Notes under the pieces: model-generated | Seen by the model: only the letters and a program-made list of their open reading frames with translations | Database searches by the model: none | Told to the model about the DNA's origin: nothing | Part shown: one piece after another, positions 48,240-59,201 of the stretch | How positions within the stretch are numbered: position 1 is the first letter of the stretch | Layout: each line of letters opens with the position of its first letter | Position numbers and translations under genes: made by a program | Assembly (NCBI GenBank): GCA_902797145.1 | Contig: CADBRR010000007.1 | Span: 1-62,719, forward strand | Length of the DNA stretch: 62,719 bases | Direction of reading: 5' to 3' | From: an uncultured Eubacteriales bacterium | GTDB lineage: Bacteria > Bacillota > Clostridia > Christensenellales > CAG-138

Positions 48240-49520
48240 TTAGCTAAGGAAGCTTCTGTAATGACGCATAAGCATGAGCTGTTCAAGCTGTTCAGAGCAT
48301 TCAATTGCTACACTTACCATAATCAAAAGGCTTGTAGCACCGAATATTGTTGTCTGACCAACAAGGCTTAGTACAAGTGTAGGAACAATTGCTATAACCA
48401 TGAGGAAGAGTGCGCCGAACAGGGTCAAACGATTCTGAATCCTTGAAAGGTAATCGCTTGTGGGCTTACCAGGACGGATACCCGGTATAAAGCCACCATT
48501 CTGCTGCAGATTCTTTGAAATCTCGATGGGGTTAGCTGAAATTGTTGTATAGAAGTATGCAAATGCAACGATGAGCAAAGCATAAACTATGTAATAAATC
48601 ACTGTACCCTGACCTAACCAATTCTGATAGAACTGACCAAATCCAGTATTTGTGCCGACAATCTGAACTATCATTGCAGGGAACTGCATAATAGTCATAG
48701 CGAAAATCAAAGGCATAACGCCGTTAGCATTTGCTTTAAGCGGGATATGTGTTGACTGTCCGCCATACTGTTTTCTGCCAACAACTTTCTTTGCATACTG
48801 AATCGGAACCTTACGATAAGCCTTTTCAACGATAACAGTACCAACAACGAGGATAAGTGCAACGATAGCAAGTACAATAATTGTCCACCACTGACGAAGG
48901 CTGTCCGGATGAGTTGTTGTTGTTGTGAAAAGGTTTTCAAACATTTCGATTATGTATGAAGGAACTCGTGATACGATTGAAGCGAAAATCAACATTGAGA
49001 TACCATTGCCGATACCCTTTTCTGTGATTCTCTCACCCAACCATACGAGGAATGCAGTACCTGCTGTGCAAGTGATACCTACAACAGCGTATGACCAGAA
49101 GTTTGCATTATACAAGAAACCCTGACCAAGGCTCAATGCGATACCAATACTCTGTACGAGTGCAAGTCCAATACCTGTATAACGAGTAATCTGTTCAAGC
49201 TTTTCACGACCGTCATCCTCTTTTGAAAGTCTTTCAAGAGCAGGTATAGCGATTGTAAGAAGCTGAATTACGATTGAACCGGTGATGTAAGGCGAGATAC
49301 CCATTGCAAAGATGGTAAACTGACTAAGTGAACCACCGGAGAACAAGTTAAGGAAGCCGAGGAGGTCGTATCTACTCATAGCATCCTGAACTACCTGAGT
49401 ATTAACGCCCGGAACGGGGATAAATGATCCTAATCTATAAATGAAGATCAAAAGAAGTGTGAACAAAATTCTTGAACGAATGTCCTTTGTCTTCCATGCG
49501 TTTACGAGCGTCTTAAACAT
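48240..49520 (-). CDS. secY: preprotein translocase SecY
   Basis: 426 aa, 10 TM pattern, RILFTLLLIFIYRLGSFIPVPG, GISPYITGSIV. Confidence 0.97.
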   Translation of the reverse strand: MFKTLVNAWKTKDIRSRILFTLLLIFIYRLGSFIPVPGVNTQVVQDAMSRYDLLGFLNLFSGGSLSQFTIFAMGISPYITGSIVIQLLTIAIPALERLSKEDDGREKLEQITRYTGIGLALVQSIGIALSLGQGFLYNANFWSYAVVGITCTAGTAFLVWLGERITEKGIGNGISMLIFASIVSRVPSYIIEMFENLFTTTTTHPDSLRQWWTIIVLAIVALILVVGTVIVEKAYRKVPIQYAKKVVGRKQYGGQSTHIPLKANANGVMPLIFAMTIMQFPAMIVQIVGTNTGFGQFYQNWLGQGTVIYYIVYALLIVAFAYFYTTISANPIEISKNLQQNGGFIPGIRPGKPTSDYLSRIQNRLTLFGALFLMVIAIVPTLVLSLVGQTTIFGATSLLIMVSVAIECSEQLEQLMLMRHYRSFLS

Positions 49521-49960
49521 TAGAGCACCTCAGCTTTTCCGCCAGCAGCTTCAATTGCCTGCTTAGCTGTTTCAGTGAACTTTGCTGCCTTAACATCAAG
49601 GCGCTTTGTCAAAGTACCATTACCGAGAACTTTGAGTCCGTCCTTTTCGATCTTGCTGATGATACGCATCTGCTTGAGAAGTTCAGCAGTTACTACTGTA
49701 TCATTTTCGAGTCTTTCGAGTTCAGAAATATTAATTACTGTATATTCCTTTGCAAAGATGTTTGTGAATCCACGCTTAGGAAGTCTACGAGCGAGAGGCA
49801 TCTGACCGCCTTCAAAGCCGTTCTTCTTGCTTCCGCTACGAGCTTTCTGACCCTTATGACCCATTGTTGAAGTCTTACCCATACCTGAACCGGTACCACG
49901 ACCAACACGCTTTGGTGATTTCTTTGCGCCTTCAGCAGGTCTTAATTCGTGCAGTTTCAT
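49520..49960 (-). CDS. rplO: 50S ribosomal protein L15
   Basis: [40 protein letters not shown]. Confidence 0.96.
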   Translation of the reverse strand: MKLHELRPAEGAKKSPKRVGRGTGSGMGKTSTMGHKGQKARSGSKKNGFEGGQMPLARRLPKRGFTNIFAKEYTVINISELERLENDTVVTAELLKQMRIISKIEKDGLKVLGNGTLTKRLDVKAAKFTETAKQAIEAAGGKAEVL

Positions 49961-49975
49961 AGTAGCACCTCCCGA

Positions 49976-50155
49976 TTATATTTCTTCCACCTTAACAAGG
50001 TGCTTTACCTTAAATACCATACCACGAATGGCTGCATTATCAGGCTTTTCAACTGTAGCATTTACTTTGCGAAGACCAAGGGCTTCAAGAGTTGCCTGCT
50101 GATCCTTCAAGCGACCGTATTTGCTCTTTACAAGTGTTATTTTCAAATTTGCCAT
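49976..50155 (-). CDS. rpmD: 50S ribosomal protein L30
   Basis: [30 protein letters not shown]. The ATG is at 50155, an internal Met of the ORF-track ORF. Confidence 0.93.
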   Translation of the reverse strand: MANLKITLVKSKYGRLKDQQATLEALGLRKVNATVEKPDNAAIRGMVFKVKHLVKVEEI

Positions 50156-50168
50156 TGTCTGTGCCTCC

Positions 50169-50672
50169 TCAGTCAAGAATTTCTTTAACTGTCTTGCCAC
50201 GAAGACGAGCAATTTCTTCAGCTGTGCGGAGCTGTGTAAGACCTTCGATTGTAGCCTTTACGCAGTTTGCAGGGTTATTTGAGCCATAGCTCTTTGTACG
50301 GATATCCTTAATGCCAACCATTTCGAGTACGGCACGTGCAGGACCACCAGCTATAACACCTGTACCTTCTTCAGCAGGAATCATTCTTACATGACCCTTA
50401 CCGAACTTACCTTCAACAGCATGAGGAATTGTTGTGCCAACAACAGGAATTTCTACAAGATGACGCTTTGCATCTTCTACTGCCTTACGTACAGCTTCAG
50501 GAATTTCTGCTGCTTTACCAGTACCAACGCCAACATGACCATTTTCATCGCCAACTACCATAAGTGCGCTGAAGCGGAAATTACGACCGCCCTTTACAAC
50601 CTTTGCAACACGATTAACCGCTACAAGCTTTTCTTTCAACTCCAATGTGGATGCATCAATTCTTTTCTGCAT
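50169..50672 (-). CDS. rpsE: 30S ribosomal protein S5
   Basis: [24 protein letters not shown]..., [15 protein letters not shown]. Confidence 0.97.
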   Translation of the reverse strand: MQKRIDASTLELKEKLVAVNRVAKVVKGGRNFRFSALMVVGDENGHVGVGTGKAAEIPEAVRKAVEDAKRHLVEIPVVGTTIPHAVEGKFGKGHVRMIPAEEGTGVIAGGPARAVLEMVGIKDIRTKSYGSNNPANCVKATIEGLTQLRTAEEIARLRGKTVKEILD

Positions 50673-50684
50673 TGTGTTACCTCC

Positions 50685-51053
50685 TTAGAAATCAAGTCCA
50701 GCTTTACGAGCACCTTCAGCAACTTCCTTTACACGTCCTGTGTAGAGATAGCCACCACGATCGAATACGATCTTCGAGATGCCCTTTTCTTTTGCACGGT
50801 TACCAATAAGTTCGCCTACCATGTTTGCAGCTTCTTTCTTTGACTTTCCTTCAAGCTGATCCTTGATTTCCTTATCAAGTGTTGAAGCTGAAGCAAGTGT
50901 ATGACCAACTTCGTCATCAATTATCTGTGCATAGATATTATTAAGGCTGCGATAGACATTAAGTCTGGGTCTTTCCGATGTTCCCTTTATATAGAAACGT
51001 GTACGGTCATGACGAGCCTTGCGCACAGAGTTCTTATCTATTTTTGAAATCAT
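50685..51053 (-). CDS. rplR: 50S ribosomal protein L18
   Basis: [20 protein letters not shown]...[25 protein letters not shown]. Confidence 0.96.
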   Translation of the reverse strand: MISKIDKNSVRKARHDRTRFYIKGTSERPRLNVYRSLNNIYAQIIDDEVGHTLASASTLDKEIKDQLEGKSKKEAANMVGELIGNRAKEKGISKIVFDRGGYLYTGRVKEVAEGARKAGLDF

Positions 51054-51075
51054 ATTATTTACTCCTCTCTACGCA

Positions 51076-51615
51076 TTACTTACCTGTCTTGCCTTCCTTG
51101 CGGCGAACGACTTCGTAATCATACTTAACACCCTTGCCCTTATAAGGTTCAGGCGGTCTTACCGCACGGATATCAGCAGCTATCTGACCAACCTGCTGTT
51201 TGCTTGCACCCTTTACTACTACTCTGTTGGGTGTGGGTACTTCAAATTCGATGCCCTTAGGTTCAACGAATTCAACAGGATGTGAGTAACCGAGATTGAG
51301 GACAAGCTTATTGCCCTGTTTCTGTGCTCTGTAACCTACACCTACAATATCAAGGTTCTTTGAAAAACCAGTTGATACGCCAATAACCATGTTATTGATA
51401 AGTGTACGGCTCAATCCGTGCAAAGCACGGTGTTCTTTGTCATCAGAAGGACGCTTTACTGTAAGTACGCCTGCATCCTGTTCCAACAACATATCGCGTG
51501 AGATTTTCTCACTCAATTCACCCTTCGGGCCTTTAACTGTTACGGTGTTATCGACTTGGACCGTAATTGTCACTCCGGCAGGGATTGATATCGGAAGTTT
51601 TCCGATTCTCGACAT
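51076..51615 (-). CDS. rplF: 50S ribosomal protein L6
   Basis: [15 protein letters not shown]...[10 protein letters not shown]...GVGYRA...[13 protein letters not shown]. Confidence 0.97.
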   Translation of the reverse strand: MSRIGKLPISIPAGVTITVQVDNTVTVKGPKGELSEKISRDMLLEQDAGVLTVKRPSDDKEHRALHGLSRTLINNMVIGVSTGFSKNLDIVGVGYRAQKQGNKLVLNLGYSHPVEFVEPKGIEFEVPTPNRVVVKGASKQQVGQIAADIRAVRPPEPYKGKGVKYDYEVVRRKEGKTGK

Positions 51616-51743
51616 TGTTTACACCTCCAAATATTTTTTTGAATATTATAATTAACTATGATTTATAAGTAATTACTCATCAAAAGTGACTCGCAATTAC
51701 TTACAAACCATTGTTTAATCCATATGTTGCTATTATATCTTAA

Positions 51744-52142
51744 TTACCAGATATATGCAAGTACTTCTCCGCCAACACCAAGCTTACGAGCTTCTTTATC
51801 TGTCATAACGCCCCTTGATGTTGAGATGATTGCTATACCGAGTCCACCAAGAACCTTAGGAAGCTGATCCTTACGAGCATATACTCTAAGACCTGGCTTT
51901 GAGATTCTCTTGAGTCCTACAATTACTCTCTGCTTATTTGCGCCATACTTGAGAGTGATGTGGATTGTCCTTACGATACCGTTTTCTTCGATTTCATAGC
52001 TCTTAATGTAACCTTCGTTCAAAAGGATTTCAGCAATAGCCTTCTTGATTGTTGAGCAAGGAACATCAACTGTTTCATGCTTTGCGATAAGAGCATTGCG
52101 GATACGAGTCAACATATCAGCGATAGGATCTGTTGTAAGCAT
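51744..52142 (-). CDS. rpsH: 30S ribosomal protein S8
   Basis: [13 protein letters not shown]..., [23 protein letters not shown]. Confidence 0.97.
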   Translation of the reverse strand: MLTTDPIADMLTRIRNALIAKHETVDVPCSTIKKAIAEILLNEGYIKSYEIEENGIVRTIHITLKYGANKQRVIVGLKRISKPGLRVYARKDQLPKVLGGLGIAIISTSRGVMTDKEARKLGVGGEVLAYIW

Positions 52143-52169
52143 AATTATTTTACTCCTTTCAATACGAGA

Positions 52170-52355
52170 TTACCAACTTGCCTTGCGAACGCCGGGGATT
52201 TCGCCCTTGTATGCAAGTTCACGGAAGCAGATACGGCAAATGCCATACTTGCGAAGCACTGAGTGGGGACGACCGCAGATGCGGCATCTTGTGTAAGCCC
52301 TTGTTGAATACTTAGGCTCACGCTGCTGCTTTAATTTCATGCTAGTTTTTGCCAT
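52170..52355 (-). CDS. rpsN: 30S ribosomal protein S14, zinc-binding type Z
   Basis: 61 aa, [25 protein letters not shown]. Confidence 0.96.
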   Translation of the reverse strand: MAKTSMKLKQQREPKYSTRAYTRCRICGRPHSVLRKYGICRICFRELAYKGEIPGVRKASW

Positions 52356-52370
52356 TTTACGCTACCTCCA

Positions 52371-52958
52371 TTATTCCTGAACAAAAGGCATACCCATAAG
52401 TCTGAGTAATTCTTTTGCTTCTTCGTCTGTCTTTGCTGTTGTAACAAAAACGATGTCCATACCTCTAATCTTATCAACATCATCATAGTTGATTTCGGGG
52501 AAGATGAGCTGTTCTTTAACGCCCATTGCATAGCTTCCACGACCATCAAAGCTCTTATCTGATACGCCACGGAAGTCTCTTACTCGGGGCAATACAATAT
52601 TCATGAGCTTATCTGCGAAGTAGTACATTCTATCACCACGAAGTGTAACCTTTGCGCCAACATTCATACCTTCACGAACTTTGAAGTTAGCAACTGACTT
52701 CTTAGCCTTTGTTACAATAGGTTTCTGACCAGCGATGATGCCGAGTTCTTCGATAGCCTTTTCGATACCCTTGGGGTTATCTTTTTCTGAACCAAGACCC
52801 ATATTGAGAACGATTTTCTCAAGCTTCGGTATCTGCATTACATTTTCATAGCCAAACTTTTCTTTGAGCTGACCCATAACCTCATTCTGATATTTTACTC
52901 TGAGGCGTGCAGGTTCTGTAAAGGGCATAGCTTCCTGTTCATTCTTTTTCTTTGCCAT
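52371..52958 (-). CDS. rplE: 50S ribosomal protein L5
   Basis: [14 protein letters not shown]..., [35 protein letters not shown] before 52958. Short N-terminal extension. Confidence 0.95.
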   Translation of the reverse strand: MAKKKNEQEAMPFTEPARLRVKYQNEVMGQLKEKFGYENVMQIPKLEKIVLNMGLGSEKDNPKGIEKAIEELGIIAGQKPIVTKAKKSVANFKVREGMNVGAKVTLRGDRMYYFADKLMNIVLPRVRDFRGVSDKSFDGRGSYAMGVKEQLIFPEINYDDVDKIRGMDIVFVTTAKTDEEAKELLRLMGMPFVQE

Positions 52959-52980
52959 TTTCGCTTTCTCCTTTCAAACC

Positions 52981-53298
52981 TTAGTCAAAATTTGCCTGAC
53001 ACTTCTTGCAGTGACGGAGCTTCTTACCATTCTCTATTACATGGCCAACTCTTGTAGCCTTCTTGCACTTCGGGCAGATGAGCATAACGTTTGAAACGTG
53101 GATTGTGCCTTCTCTTTCTATTCTGCCACCCTGATCATTCTGGCCTCTGGGTTTTCTGTGGCAAGTAATCATATTTCTGCCCTGAACGACTACACGTTCC
53201 TTTTCAGGCATTGCAGCGATAACCTTACCTGTCTGACCCTTATCTTTACCTGAGATTATTACTACTGTATCATCTCTTCTAATATTAAGCTTATTCAT
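52981..53298 (-). CDS. rplX: 50S ribosomal protein L24
   Basis: IRRDDTVVIISGKDKGQTGKV KOW motif. CPKC...CKKC zinc-ribbon-type C-terminus. Confidence 0.95.
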   Translation of the reverse strand: MNKLNIRRDDTVVIISGKDKGQTGKVIAAMPEKERVVVQGRNMITCHRKPRGQNDQGGRIEREGTIHVSNVMLICPKCKKATRVGHVIENGKKLRHCKKCQANFD

Positions 53299-53316
53299 AG
53301 TATCGATCCTCCTGAA

Positions 53317-53685
53317 TTAGAGCACTTCGGGAGCAAGTGAAACGATCTTCATATAATCCTTTTCACGCAATTCCCTTGCAACCGGCCCAAAGATACGAGT
53401 ACCACGGGGCTGCTTCTGATCATTTATAATAACTGCTGCGTTATCATCGAAGCGGATATGGCTGCCGTCAGGTCTATGTGTTCCTGATACTGTACGAACT
53501 ACAACTGCCTTTACAACATCCTTCTTCTTTACTGTACCGCCGGGAGTAGCAGTTTTAACAGCTGCAACGATTACATCACCGATATTTGCGCTCTTGCGGT
53601 ATGAACCACCAAGTACACGAATGCACATGATTTCCTTTGCGCCGCTGTTATCAGCAACTTTCAATCTTGTCTGTGGTTGAATCAT
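53317..53685 (-). CDS. rplN: 50S ribosomal protein L14
   Basis: [28 protein letters not shown]...RFDDNAAVI. Confidence 0.98.
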   Translation of the reverse strand: MIQPQTRLKVADNSGAKEIMCIRVLGGSYRKSANIGDVIVAAVKTATPGGTVKKKDVVKAVVVRTVSGTHRPDGSHIRFDDNAAVIINDQKQPRGTRIFGPVARELREKDYMKIVSLAPEVL

Positions 53686-53699
53686 GTTCGGTCCTCCTC

Positions 53700-53960
53700 T
53701 TACTTAGCCTTTTCGATTATCTCAACAAGACGCCATCTCTTATCTTTACTCAAGGGACGTGTCTCCATAATTCTTACTGTATCACCGATGCCACACTCGT
53801 TGTTCTCGTCATGAGCCTTGAACTTACGTGTACGGTTTACCATTTTACCATAAAGCGGGTGACGAACCTTTGTCTTGATAGCAACAACGATAGTCTTATC
53901 CATCTTATCGCTTACAACAACGCCGGTACGAGTTTTACGATAACCTCTCTGTTCCATCAT
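53700..53960 (-). CDS. rpsQ: 30S ribosomal protein S17
   Basis: [20 protein letters not shown]...HPLYGK...[24 protein letters not shown]. Confidence 0.96.
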   Translation of the reverse strand: MMEQRGYRKTRTGVVVSDKMDKTIVVAIKTKVRHPLYGKMVNRTRKFKAHDENNECGIGDTVRIMETRPLSKDKRWRLVEIIEKAK

Positions 53961-53980
53961 AAAAATCTCCTTTCAACCTA

Positions 53981-54184
53981 TTACTTTGCTTCTGCAGCGA
54001 GTTCACGTTCGCGAATGAGAGTCTTAACTCTTGCGATGTCTTTTCTGCATTCGGAAATCTTCTGAGGATTAGCGAGCTGGCCAACTGCCAACTGGAAACG
54101 AAGGTTGAAGAGTTCTTCCTTAAGTTCTTTTTCACGCTTTACGAGTTCTTCAACTGATAATTTTCTGAGTTCATTAGCCTTCAT
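53981..54184 (-). CDS. rpmC: 50S ribosomal protein L29
   Basis: [14 protein letters not shown]...[14 protein letters not shown]. The ATG at 54184 overlaps the rplP end. Confidence 0.93.
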   Translation of the reverse strand: MKANELRKLSVEELVKREKELKEELFNLRFQLAVGQLANPQKISECRKDIARVKTLIRERELAAEAK

Positions 54185-54614
54185 CGCTTTCACCACCTGC
54201 TTCAACAATTTCTTTCTTTGCTATCTTACACTTGAGGGGCAACTTATGACCTGCAAGTCTAAGTGCTTCCTTTGCGATTGATTCTTCAACGCCTGCGATT
54301 TCAAACATTACTCTGCCGGGTTTTACTACTGCTACCCAATATTCGGGTGAGCCCTTACCACTACCCATTCGTGTTTCTGCAGGTTTCTCTGTTACGGGCT
54401 TATCGGGGAAGATCTTTATCCAAACCTTACCGCCACGCTTGATGTAACGAGTCATTGCAATACGTGCTGCTTCAATCTGGTTGCTTGTAACCCATGCAGG
54501 TTCCAAAGCAACGAGACCGTATTCGCCATATGTGATCGTGTTGCCACGGTGAGCTGCGCCCTTCATGCGACCACGATGTACTCTTCTACGCTTAACTCTC
54601 TTAGGCATTAACAT
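54174..54614 (-). CDS. rplP: 50S ribosomal protein L16
   Basis: [19 protein letters not shown]...[24 protein letters not shown]. Confidence 0.97.
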   Translation of the reverse strand: MLMPKRVKRRRVHRGRMKGAAHRGNTITYGEYGLVALEPAWVTSNQIEAARIAMTRYIKRGGKVWIKIFPDKPVTEKPAETRMGSGKGSPEYWVAVVKPGRVMFEIAGVEESIAKEALRLAGHKLPLKCKIAKKEIVEAGGESDEG

Positions 54615-54616
54615 AA

Positions 54617-55279
54617 TTATCTGCCTCCTTCTCTTGAAGCCCTCTTCTTGTTGCCAAGAACTTCGCCTCTATAAATCCAAACCTTTACGCCGATACGACC
54701 GTATGTTGTATGAGCTTCTGCAAAACCATACTCAATGTCAGCACGGATAGTCTGAAGCGGTATTGAACCTTCATGATATCCTTCGCTACGAGCAATTTCT
54801 GCACCGCCAAGACGACCTGAGCACTTAATCTTGATACCTCTTGCATTTGCTTTCATTGCGCTTGCCAATGCCTTCTTCATTGCACGACGATATGAGATAC
54901 GTTTTTCGAGCTGTGCTGCGATATTTTCAGCTACAAGCTGTGCATTTGCATCGGGATTTCTAACTTCGATAATGTTTACATTAACGGGCTTGCCGATGAG
55001 TGCCATTACCTGTTCCTTAATCTTTTCAACGCCTGCGCCGCCTTTGCCGATGATAACGCCAGGACGTGCTGTGTGGATACTTACTGTAACTTTATTTGCT
55101 GCACGTTCGATATCAATCTTTGCTACGCTTGCTGAATAATATTCCTTCTTGAGAAAATCTCTGATTTTCTTGTCTTCGATGAGATAATCAGCGAAATCCT
55201 TCTTTGAAGCATACCAACGAGTATTCCAATCTCTGATTACGCCTACACGGAATCCATTCGGATTAATTTTCTGACCCAT
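54617..55279 (-). CDS. rpsC: 30S ribosomal protein S3
   Basis: [18 protein letters not shown]...[11 protein letters not shown] (KH)...[12 protein letters not shown]. Confidence 0.97.
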   Translation of the reverse strand: MGQKINPNGFRVGVIRDWNTRWYASKKDFADYLIEDKKIRDFLKKEYYSASVAKIDIERAANKVTVSIHTARPGVIIGKGGAGVEKIKEQVMALIGKPVNVNIIEVRNPDANAQLVAENIAAQLEKRISYRRAMKKALASAMKANARGIKIKCSGRLGGAEIARSEGYHEGSIPLQTIRADIEYGFAEAHTTYGRIGVKVWIYRGEVLGNKKRASREGGR

Positions 55280-55294
55280 AATTTCTTCCTCCTA

Positions 55295-55684
55295 TTACTT
55301 CTCAATCTGATCCAAGATTATTGTAATATGGCTTGTGCGCTTTCTAATGTGTGTTGCTCTGCCCTGTGCTCTCGGACGGAAACGCTTGAGAGTCGGTCCC
55401 TGGTTTGCAAATATTTCTGCAACGTAGAGCTGATCGCGCGGGATATCCATATTGTTTTCTGCGTTAGCTATTGCTGAGTTCAAAAGCTTCAAAACAGGTT
55501 CTGTTGCTGCCTTAGGTGTGAACTCAAGGATTGCCAATGCTTCATTTACCTTCTTGCCACGGATAAGGTCGATTACAATCTTAACCTTGCGTGAAGAAAT
55601 TCTTATATAACGAGCTGTTGCGTGGGGGCGCTTTTCGGCATTCTCACGACGCTGAGCTGTCTTAACTTTTGATCTTGTTGCCAT
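55295..55684 (-). CDS. rplV: 50S ribosomal protein L22
   Basis: [21 protein letters not shown]...[27 protein letters not shown]. Basic N-terminal extension. Confidence 0.95.
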   Translation of the reverse strand: MATRSKVKTAQRRENAEKRPHATARYIRISSRKVKIVIDLIRGKKVNEALAILEFTPKAATEPVLKLLNSAIANAENNMDIPRDQLYVAEIFANQGPTLKRFRPRAQGRATHIRKRTSHITIILDQIEK

Positions 55685-55700
55685 TTTGCGACCTCCTTTT

Positions 55701-55982
55701 TTATCTGCCGCCCGTTGCTTTTTCAGAACCTCTATGGCCTCTGAAAGTACGAGTGGGAGCGAATTCGCCCAACTTATGTCCTATCATTTCTTCTGTAACA
55801 TATACAGGAACATGCTTCTTGCCATCGTGTACTGCAATTGTATGACCAACCATTTCGGGGAAGATCGTTGATGCACGTGACCATGTCTTAACTACTGTCT
55901 TTTTACCGCTTTCGTTCATTGCGTTTATTCTTCCCAACAAACGTTCACAAACAAACGGTCCTTTTTTAACTGATCTGCTCAT
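55701..55982 (-). CDS. rpsS: 30S ribosomal protein S19
   Basis: [11 protein letters not shown]...[49 protein letters not shown]. Confidence 0.98.
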   Translation of the reverse strand: MSRSVKKGPFVCERLLGRINAMNESGKKTVVKTWSRASTIFPEMVGHTIAVHDGKKHVPVYVTEEMIGHKLGEFAPTRTFRGHRGSEKATGGR

Positions 55983-56000
55983 GACTTTCTCCTTTCGAAA

Positions 56001-56834
56001 TTATTTGCCATCTCTGCGACGAACGATGAACTTATCATTTACATTCTTTGTCTTTCTTGTCTTATAACCAAGTGCGGGCTTACCCCAAGGAGTTACAGGA
56101 CCAGGACGACCGATAGGTGATTTACCTTCACCACCGCCGTGGGGGTGATCACAAGGGTTCATTACTGAACCACGTACTGTAGGTCTGAAGCCCATATGAC
56201 GTGTTCTACCGGCTTTACCGAGCTTAATATTTGCATGGTCGATATTACCTACCTGACCGATTGTTGCCTTTGCATTCATAGGAACGAGTCTTACTTCGCC
56301 TGAGGGCAAACGAACCTGTGCGTAATTGCCTTCCTTTGCCATGAGCTGTGCTGCGTTACCTGCGCTTCTTACAAGCTGTGCGCCCTTACCGGGTTTGAGC
56401 TCGATGCAGTGAATCATTGTTCCTACGGGGATGTTCTTGATTTCAAGAGCATTACCGATCTTAACATCTGCTGCTTCGCCTGAAATAACTGTTGTGCCTA
56501 CTTCAAGACCCTGGGGAGCGATGATGTAACGCTTTTCACCATCAGCATAGTGCAAAAGTGCGATGTTTGCACTGCGGTTAGGATCGTATTCAATGGAATT
56601 TACCTTTGCAGGGATACCGTCCTTATTGCGTTTGAAGTCGATTATACGATACTTTCTCTTTGCACCGCCACCACGATGACGAACTGTGATACGACCATGA
56701 TTGTTACGACCGCCGCTTGAACGCAAATCTTCAAGCAATGACCTTTCGGGCTTGTTTGTTGTGATTTCTTCATATGTTGAAACCGACATGAAACGCTGAC
56801 CCGGTGTGTTAGGTTTTATATTTCTAATAGCCAT
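56001..56834 (-). CDS. rplB: 50S ribosomal protein L2
   Basis: [23 protein letters not shown]...[18 protein letters not shown]. Confidence 0.98.
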   Translation of the reverse strand: MAIRNIKPNTPGQRFMSVSTYEEITTNKPERSLLEDLRSSGGRNNHGRITVRHRGGGAKRKYRIIDFKRNKDGIPAKVNSIEYDPNRSANIALLHYADGEKRYIIAPQGLEVGTTVISGEAADVKIGNALEIKNIPVGTMIHCIELKPGKGAQLVRSAGNAAQLMAKEGNYAQVRLPSGEVRLVPMNAKATIGQVGNIDHANIKLGKAGRTRHMGFRPTVRGSVMNPCDHPHGGGEGKSPIGRPGPVTPWGKPALGYKTRKTKNVNDKFIVRRRDGK

Positions 56835-56845
56835 TGTATACCTCC

Positions 56846-57142
56846 TTACTGAGCCATACCATCGAAGAATTCAATTGTCTTTGAATCTTCAGTGAGCTTT
56901 ACGTATGCTTTCTTTGTTGAGGGACGACGGCCTTCATGCATACCCTGTCTCTTCATCTTGCCAAGTGAGTTCAATGTATGAACGCTCTTAACCTTAACGC
57001 CGAAAACTTTTTCGATTGCCTGTCTGATTTCTGTCTTTGATGCATTCTTATCAACGATGAATGTGTAAGTCTTATCAGCAAGGTGATCGTAACTCTTTTC
57101 GGTCATAACAGGCTTTATGATAATGTCATGTGCGTATTTCAT
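56846..57142 (-). CDS. rplW: 50S ribosomal protein L23
   Basis: [12 protein letters not shown]...[25 protein letters not shown]. Confidence 0.96.
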   Translation of the reverse strand: MKYAHDIIIKPVMTEKSYDHLADKTYTFIVDKNASKTEIRQAIEKVFGVKVKSVHTLNSLGKMKRQGMHEGRRPSTKKAYVKLTEDSKTIEFFDGMAQ

Positions 57143-57780
57143 CTGTAAACCTCCTGGACCTTTTCAAGCGAGTCCTTTGTAAGAACGAGCTTGCCATATT
57201 TCAAAATTTCATATACATTAAGTGTTCCAACGCTTGTTGTCTTAACGCCTGCGATATTTCTCGTTGCTCTTTCAACCTTTTCTACAGCGTCTCTGTTCTC
57301 TTCTTCTTTATTTACGAGGACTACAAGTGCGTTTTCGAGCTTTGCGCTGTTAAGAACCTTTGCCATTGTCTTTGTCTTACCGTCAGCGATATTGAGTTCG
57401 TCAAATACTACGAGTTCGCCTTCAGCTACCTTTGATGAGAGAGCTGATTTCATTGCGAGTCTCTTTACTTTCTTATTAACGCTCATACGATAATCTCTTG
57501 ACTTAGGAGCAAATACGATACCGCCGTGTCTCCACTGAGGTGCTCTTGTTGAGCCCTGACGTGCACGACCTGTGCCCTTCTGTCTCCAAGGCTTGATTCC
57601 GCCGCCGCTTACTTCAGCCCTTGTCAACGCGTTCTGTGTGCCTTGACGCTGATTTGCAAGATAAGCTGTTGTAACTTCGTGCATTACGGGAACATTGGGT
57701 TCAATACCGAAAATGCTTTCATCAAGTTCAACTTCGCCAACCTTATTGCCTGTCATATTTATAACATCAACTTTAAGCAT
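57139..57780 (-). CDS. rplD: 50S ribosomal protein L4
   Basis: [31 protein letters not shown]. 4-nt overlap with rplW. Confidence 0.97.
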   Translation of the reverse strand: MLKVDVINMTGNKVGEVELDESIFGIEPNVPVMHEVTTAYLANQRQGTQNALTRAEVSGGGIKPWRQKGTGRARQGSTRAPQWRHGGIVFAPKSRDYRMSVNKKVKRLAMKSALSSKVAEGELVVFDELNIADGKTKTMAKVLNSAKLENALVVLVNKEEENRDAVEKVERATRNIAGVKTTSVGTLNVYEILKYGKLVLTKDSLEKVQEVYR

Positions 57781-57805
57781 GGTGCTTTCTCCTTTCTAAA
57801 ATCTC

Positions 57806-58432
57806 TTACTTAACGGTTTCTTTTACGATTACAAAACCGCCGTTAGCACCGGGGATTGCACCCTTGATGAGCAAAAGATTTCTCTCTGCATCTGCACGAA
57901 CAACTTCAAGGTTCTGTACTGTAACTCTTTCGCTGCCCATGTGACCCGGCAAATTCTTTGTCTTAAATACTTCGCCCGGATATGTGCAAGCGCCCATTGA
58001 ACCTGCTACACGATATGAATGCGAACCGTGAGTCTTACGGCCTCTTGCCTGGTTGTGACGCTTGATGTTGCCCTGGAAGCCATGACCCTTGCTTGTACCT
58101 GTAACGTCAACCTTATCGCCTGCTGCAAAAATGTCAGCCTTGATAACCTGTCCTACTTCGTATGTGTTAGCATCTTCGAGTTTCAATTCTCTTACATAAC
58201 GATGAGGAGCTACCTTTGCCTTTGCAAAGTGACCGAGCATCGGCTTTGTTGCAAGCTTTTCTCTGATGGGAGCAAAACCAACCTGGATTGCATCATAGCC
58301 TTCATGATCAACTGTCTTCTTCTGAACTACAGGGCAAGGTCCTGCCATAACTACTGTTACAGGAACCATTGTGCCATCTTCAGCAAAGAGCTGTGTCATG
58401 CCAATTTTTCTACCTAAAATAGCCTTCTTCAT
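57806..58432 (-). CDS. rplC: 50S ribosomal protein L3
   Basis: [16 protein letters not shown]...[14 protein letters not shown]. The ATG at 58432 follows GAGGGAGG. Confidence 0.96.
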   Translation of the reverse strand: MKKAILGRKIGMTQLFAEDGTMVPVTVVMAGPCPVVQKKTVDHEGYDAIQVGFAPIREKLATKPMLGHFAKAKVAPHRYVRELKLEDANTYEVGQVIKADIFAAGDKVDVTGTSKGHGFQGNIKRHNQARGRKTHGSHSYRVAGSMGACTYPGEVFKTKNLPGHMGSERVTVQNLEVVRADAERNLLLIKGAIPGANGGFVIVKETVK

Positions 58433-58451
58433 GTTTCTTACCTCCCTCGCA

Positions 58452-58760
58452 TCAGAGCTTGATTTCGATATCAACACCTGCGGGAAGATCGAGTTTCATC
58501 AATGCATCAACAGTCTTTGCTGAGGGCTGAATGATGTCGATCAAACGCTTATGTGTGCGAATTTCGAATTGTTCTCTTGCGTCCTTGTACTTGTGTGTAG
58601 CACGGAGAATCGTAACGATTTCCTTCTCCGTCGGCAGGGGGATGGGGCCTGAAACTCTGGCACCCGTTCTTTTTGCCGTTTCAACAATCTTTTCTGCACT
58701 TTGGTCAATAAGATTGTGTTCATAAGCTTTAAGCTTAATACGGATTCTCTGATTAGCCAT
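58452..58760 (-). CDS. rpsJ: 30S ribosomal protein S10
   Basis: [40 protein letters not shown]...RTHKRLIDI. Confidence 0.98.
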   Translation of the reverse strand: MANQRIRIKLKAYEHNLIDQSAEKIVETAKRTGARVSGPIPLPTEKEIVTILRATHKYKDAREQFEIRTHKRLIDIIQPSAKTVDALMKLDLPAGVDIEIKL

Positions 58761-59047
58761 ATTTACCTCCTGGTATCAATCCTTTAATAATTATAAACTT
58801 TTAAGCAGTACACTATTCCGTGTGTTCCCTTACGAACTTTTTAAAACATTCTTTAAAAACTGCTTATTTTTCACGGTTCATGTAGAAATTCCCCAGCGGC
58901 ATTTTTCTGGCAACCTTCTACATACCGCTATTGTGTCGCACCGTTATGCATATCTTGCCAATTATTCCGTATAAATACAATTTTATCATATTCATTGGAA
59001 TAATTATGGCATTCAAGTACATACCACCGCCTGCGCACAACGATGTT

Positions 59048-59076
59048 ATTGTACTACAAATATCAATTAATTGCAA
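59048..59076 (-). promoter_or_regulatory. candidate promoter of the S10 operon (long leader follows)
   Basis: Minus strand TTGCAA (59076-59071), a 17-nt spacer, then TACAAT (59053-59048). This leaves a leader of about 280 nt before rpsJ. Confidence 0.45.
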
Positions 59077-59164
59077 GTCTTTTTTCAAAATTTTTTAAAT
59101 TTTTTTATAACTTGGCTTTACCATTAAATTATAACATTCAAAACCATAATTTTCAACCACAATT

Positions 59165-59197
59165 AAATTTAAATGTGCTGACAAATGCGCCAGCACA
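59165..59197 (-). terminator. terminator after the SpoIID-dockerin gene
   Basis: TGTGCTG/CAGCACA stem (59174-59180 and 59191-59197). On the minus strand it is followed by ATTTAAATTT. Confidence 0.45.
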
Positions 59198-59201
59198 ATA
59201 T

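Noticed and set aside
52337-52570. 77-aa minus-strand ORF overlapping the 3' end of rplE in another frame
   Set aside because: It lies almost entirely within the well-supported rplE coding region, out of frame, overlapping only the first few codons of rpsN, and shows no independent signals.
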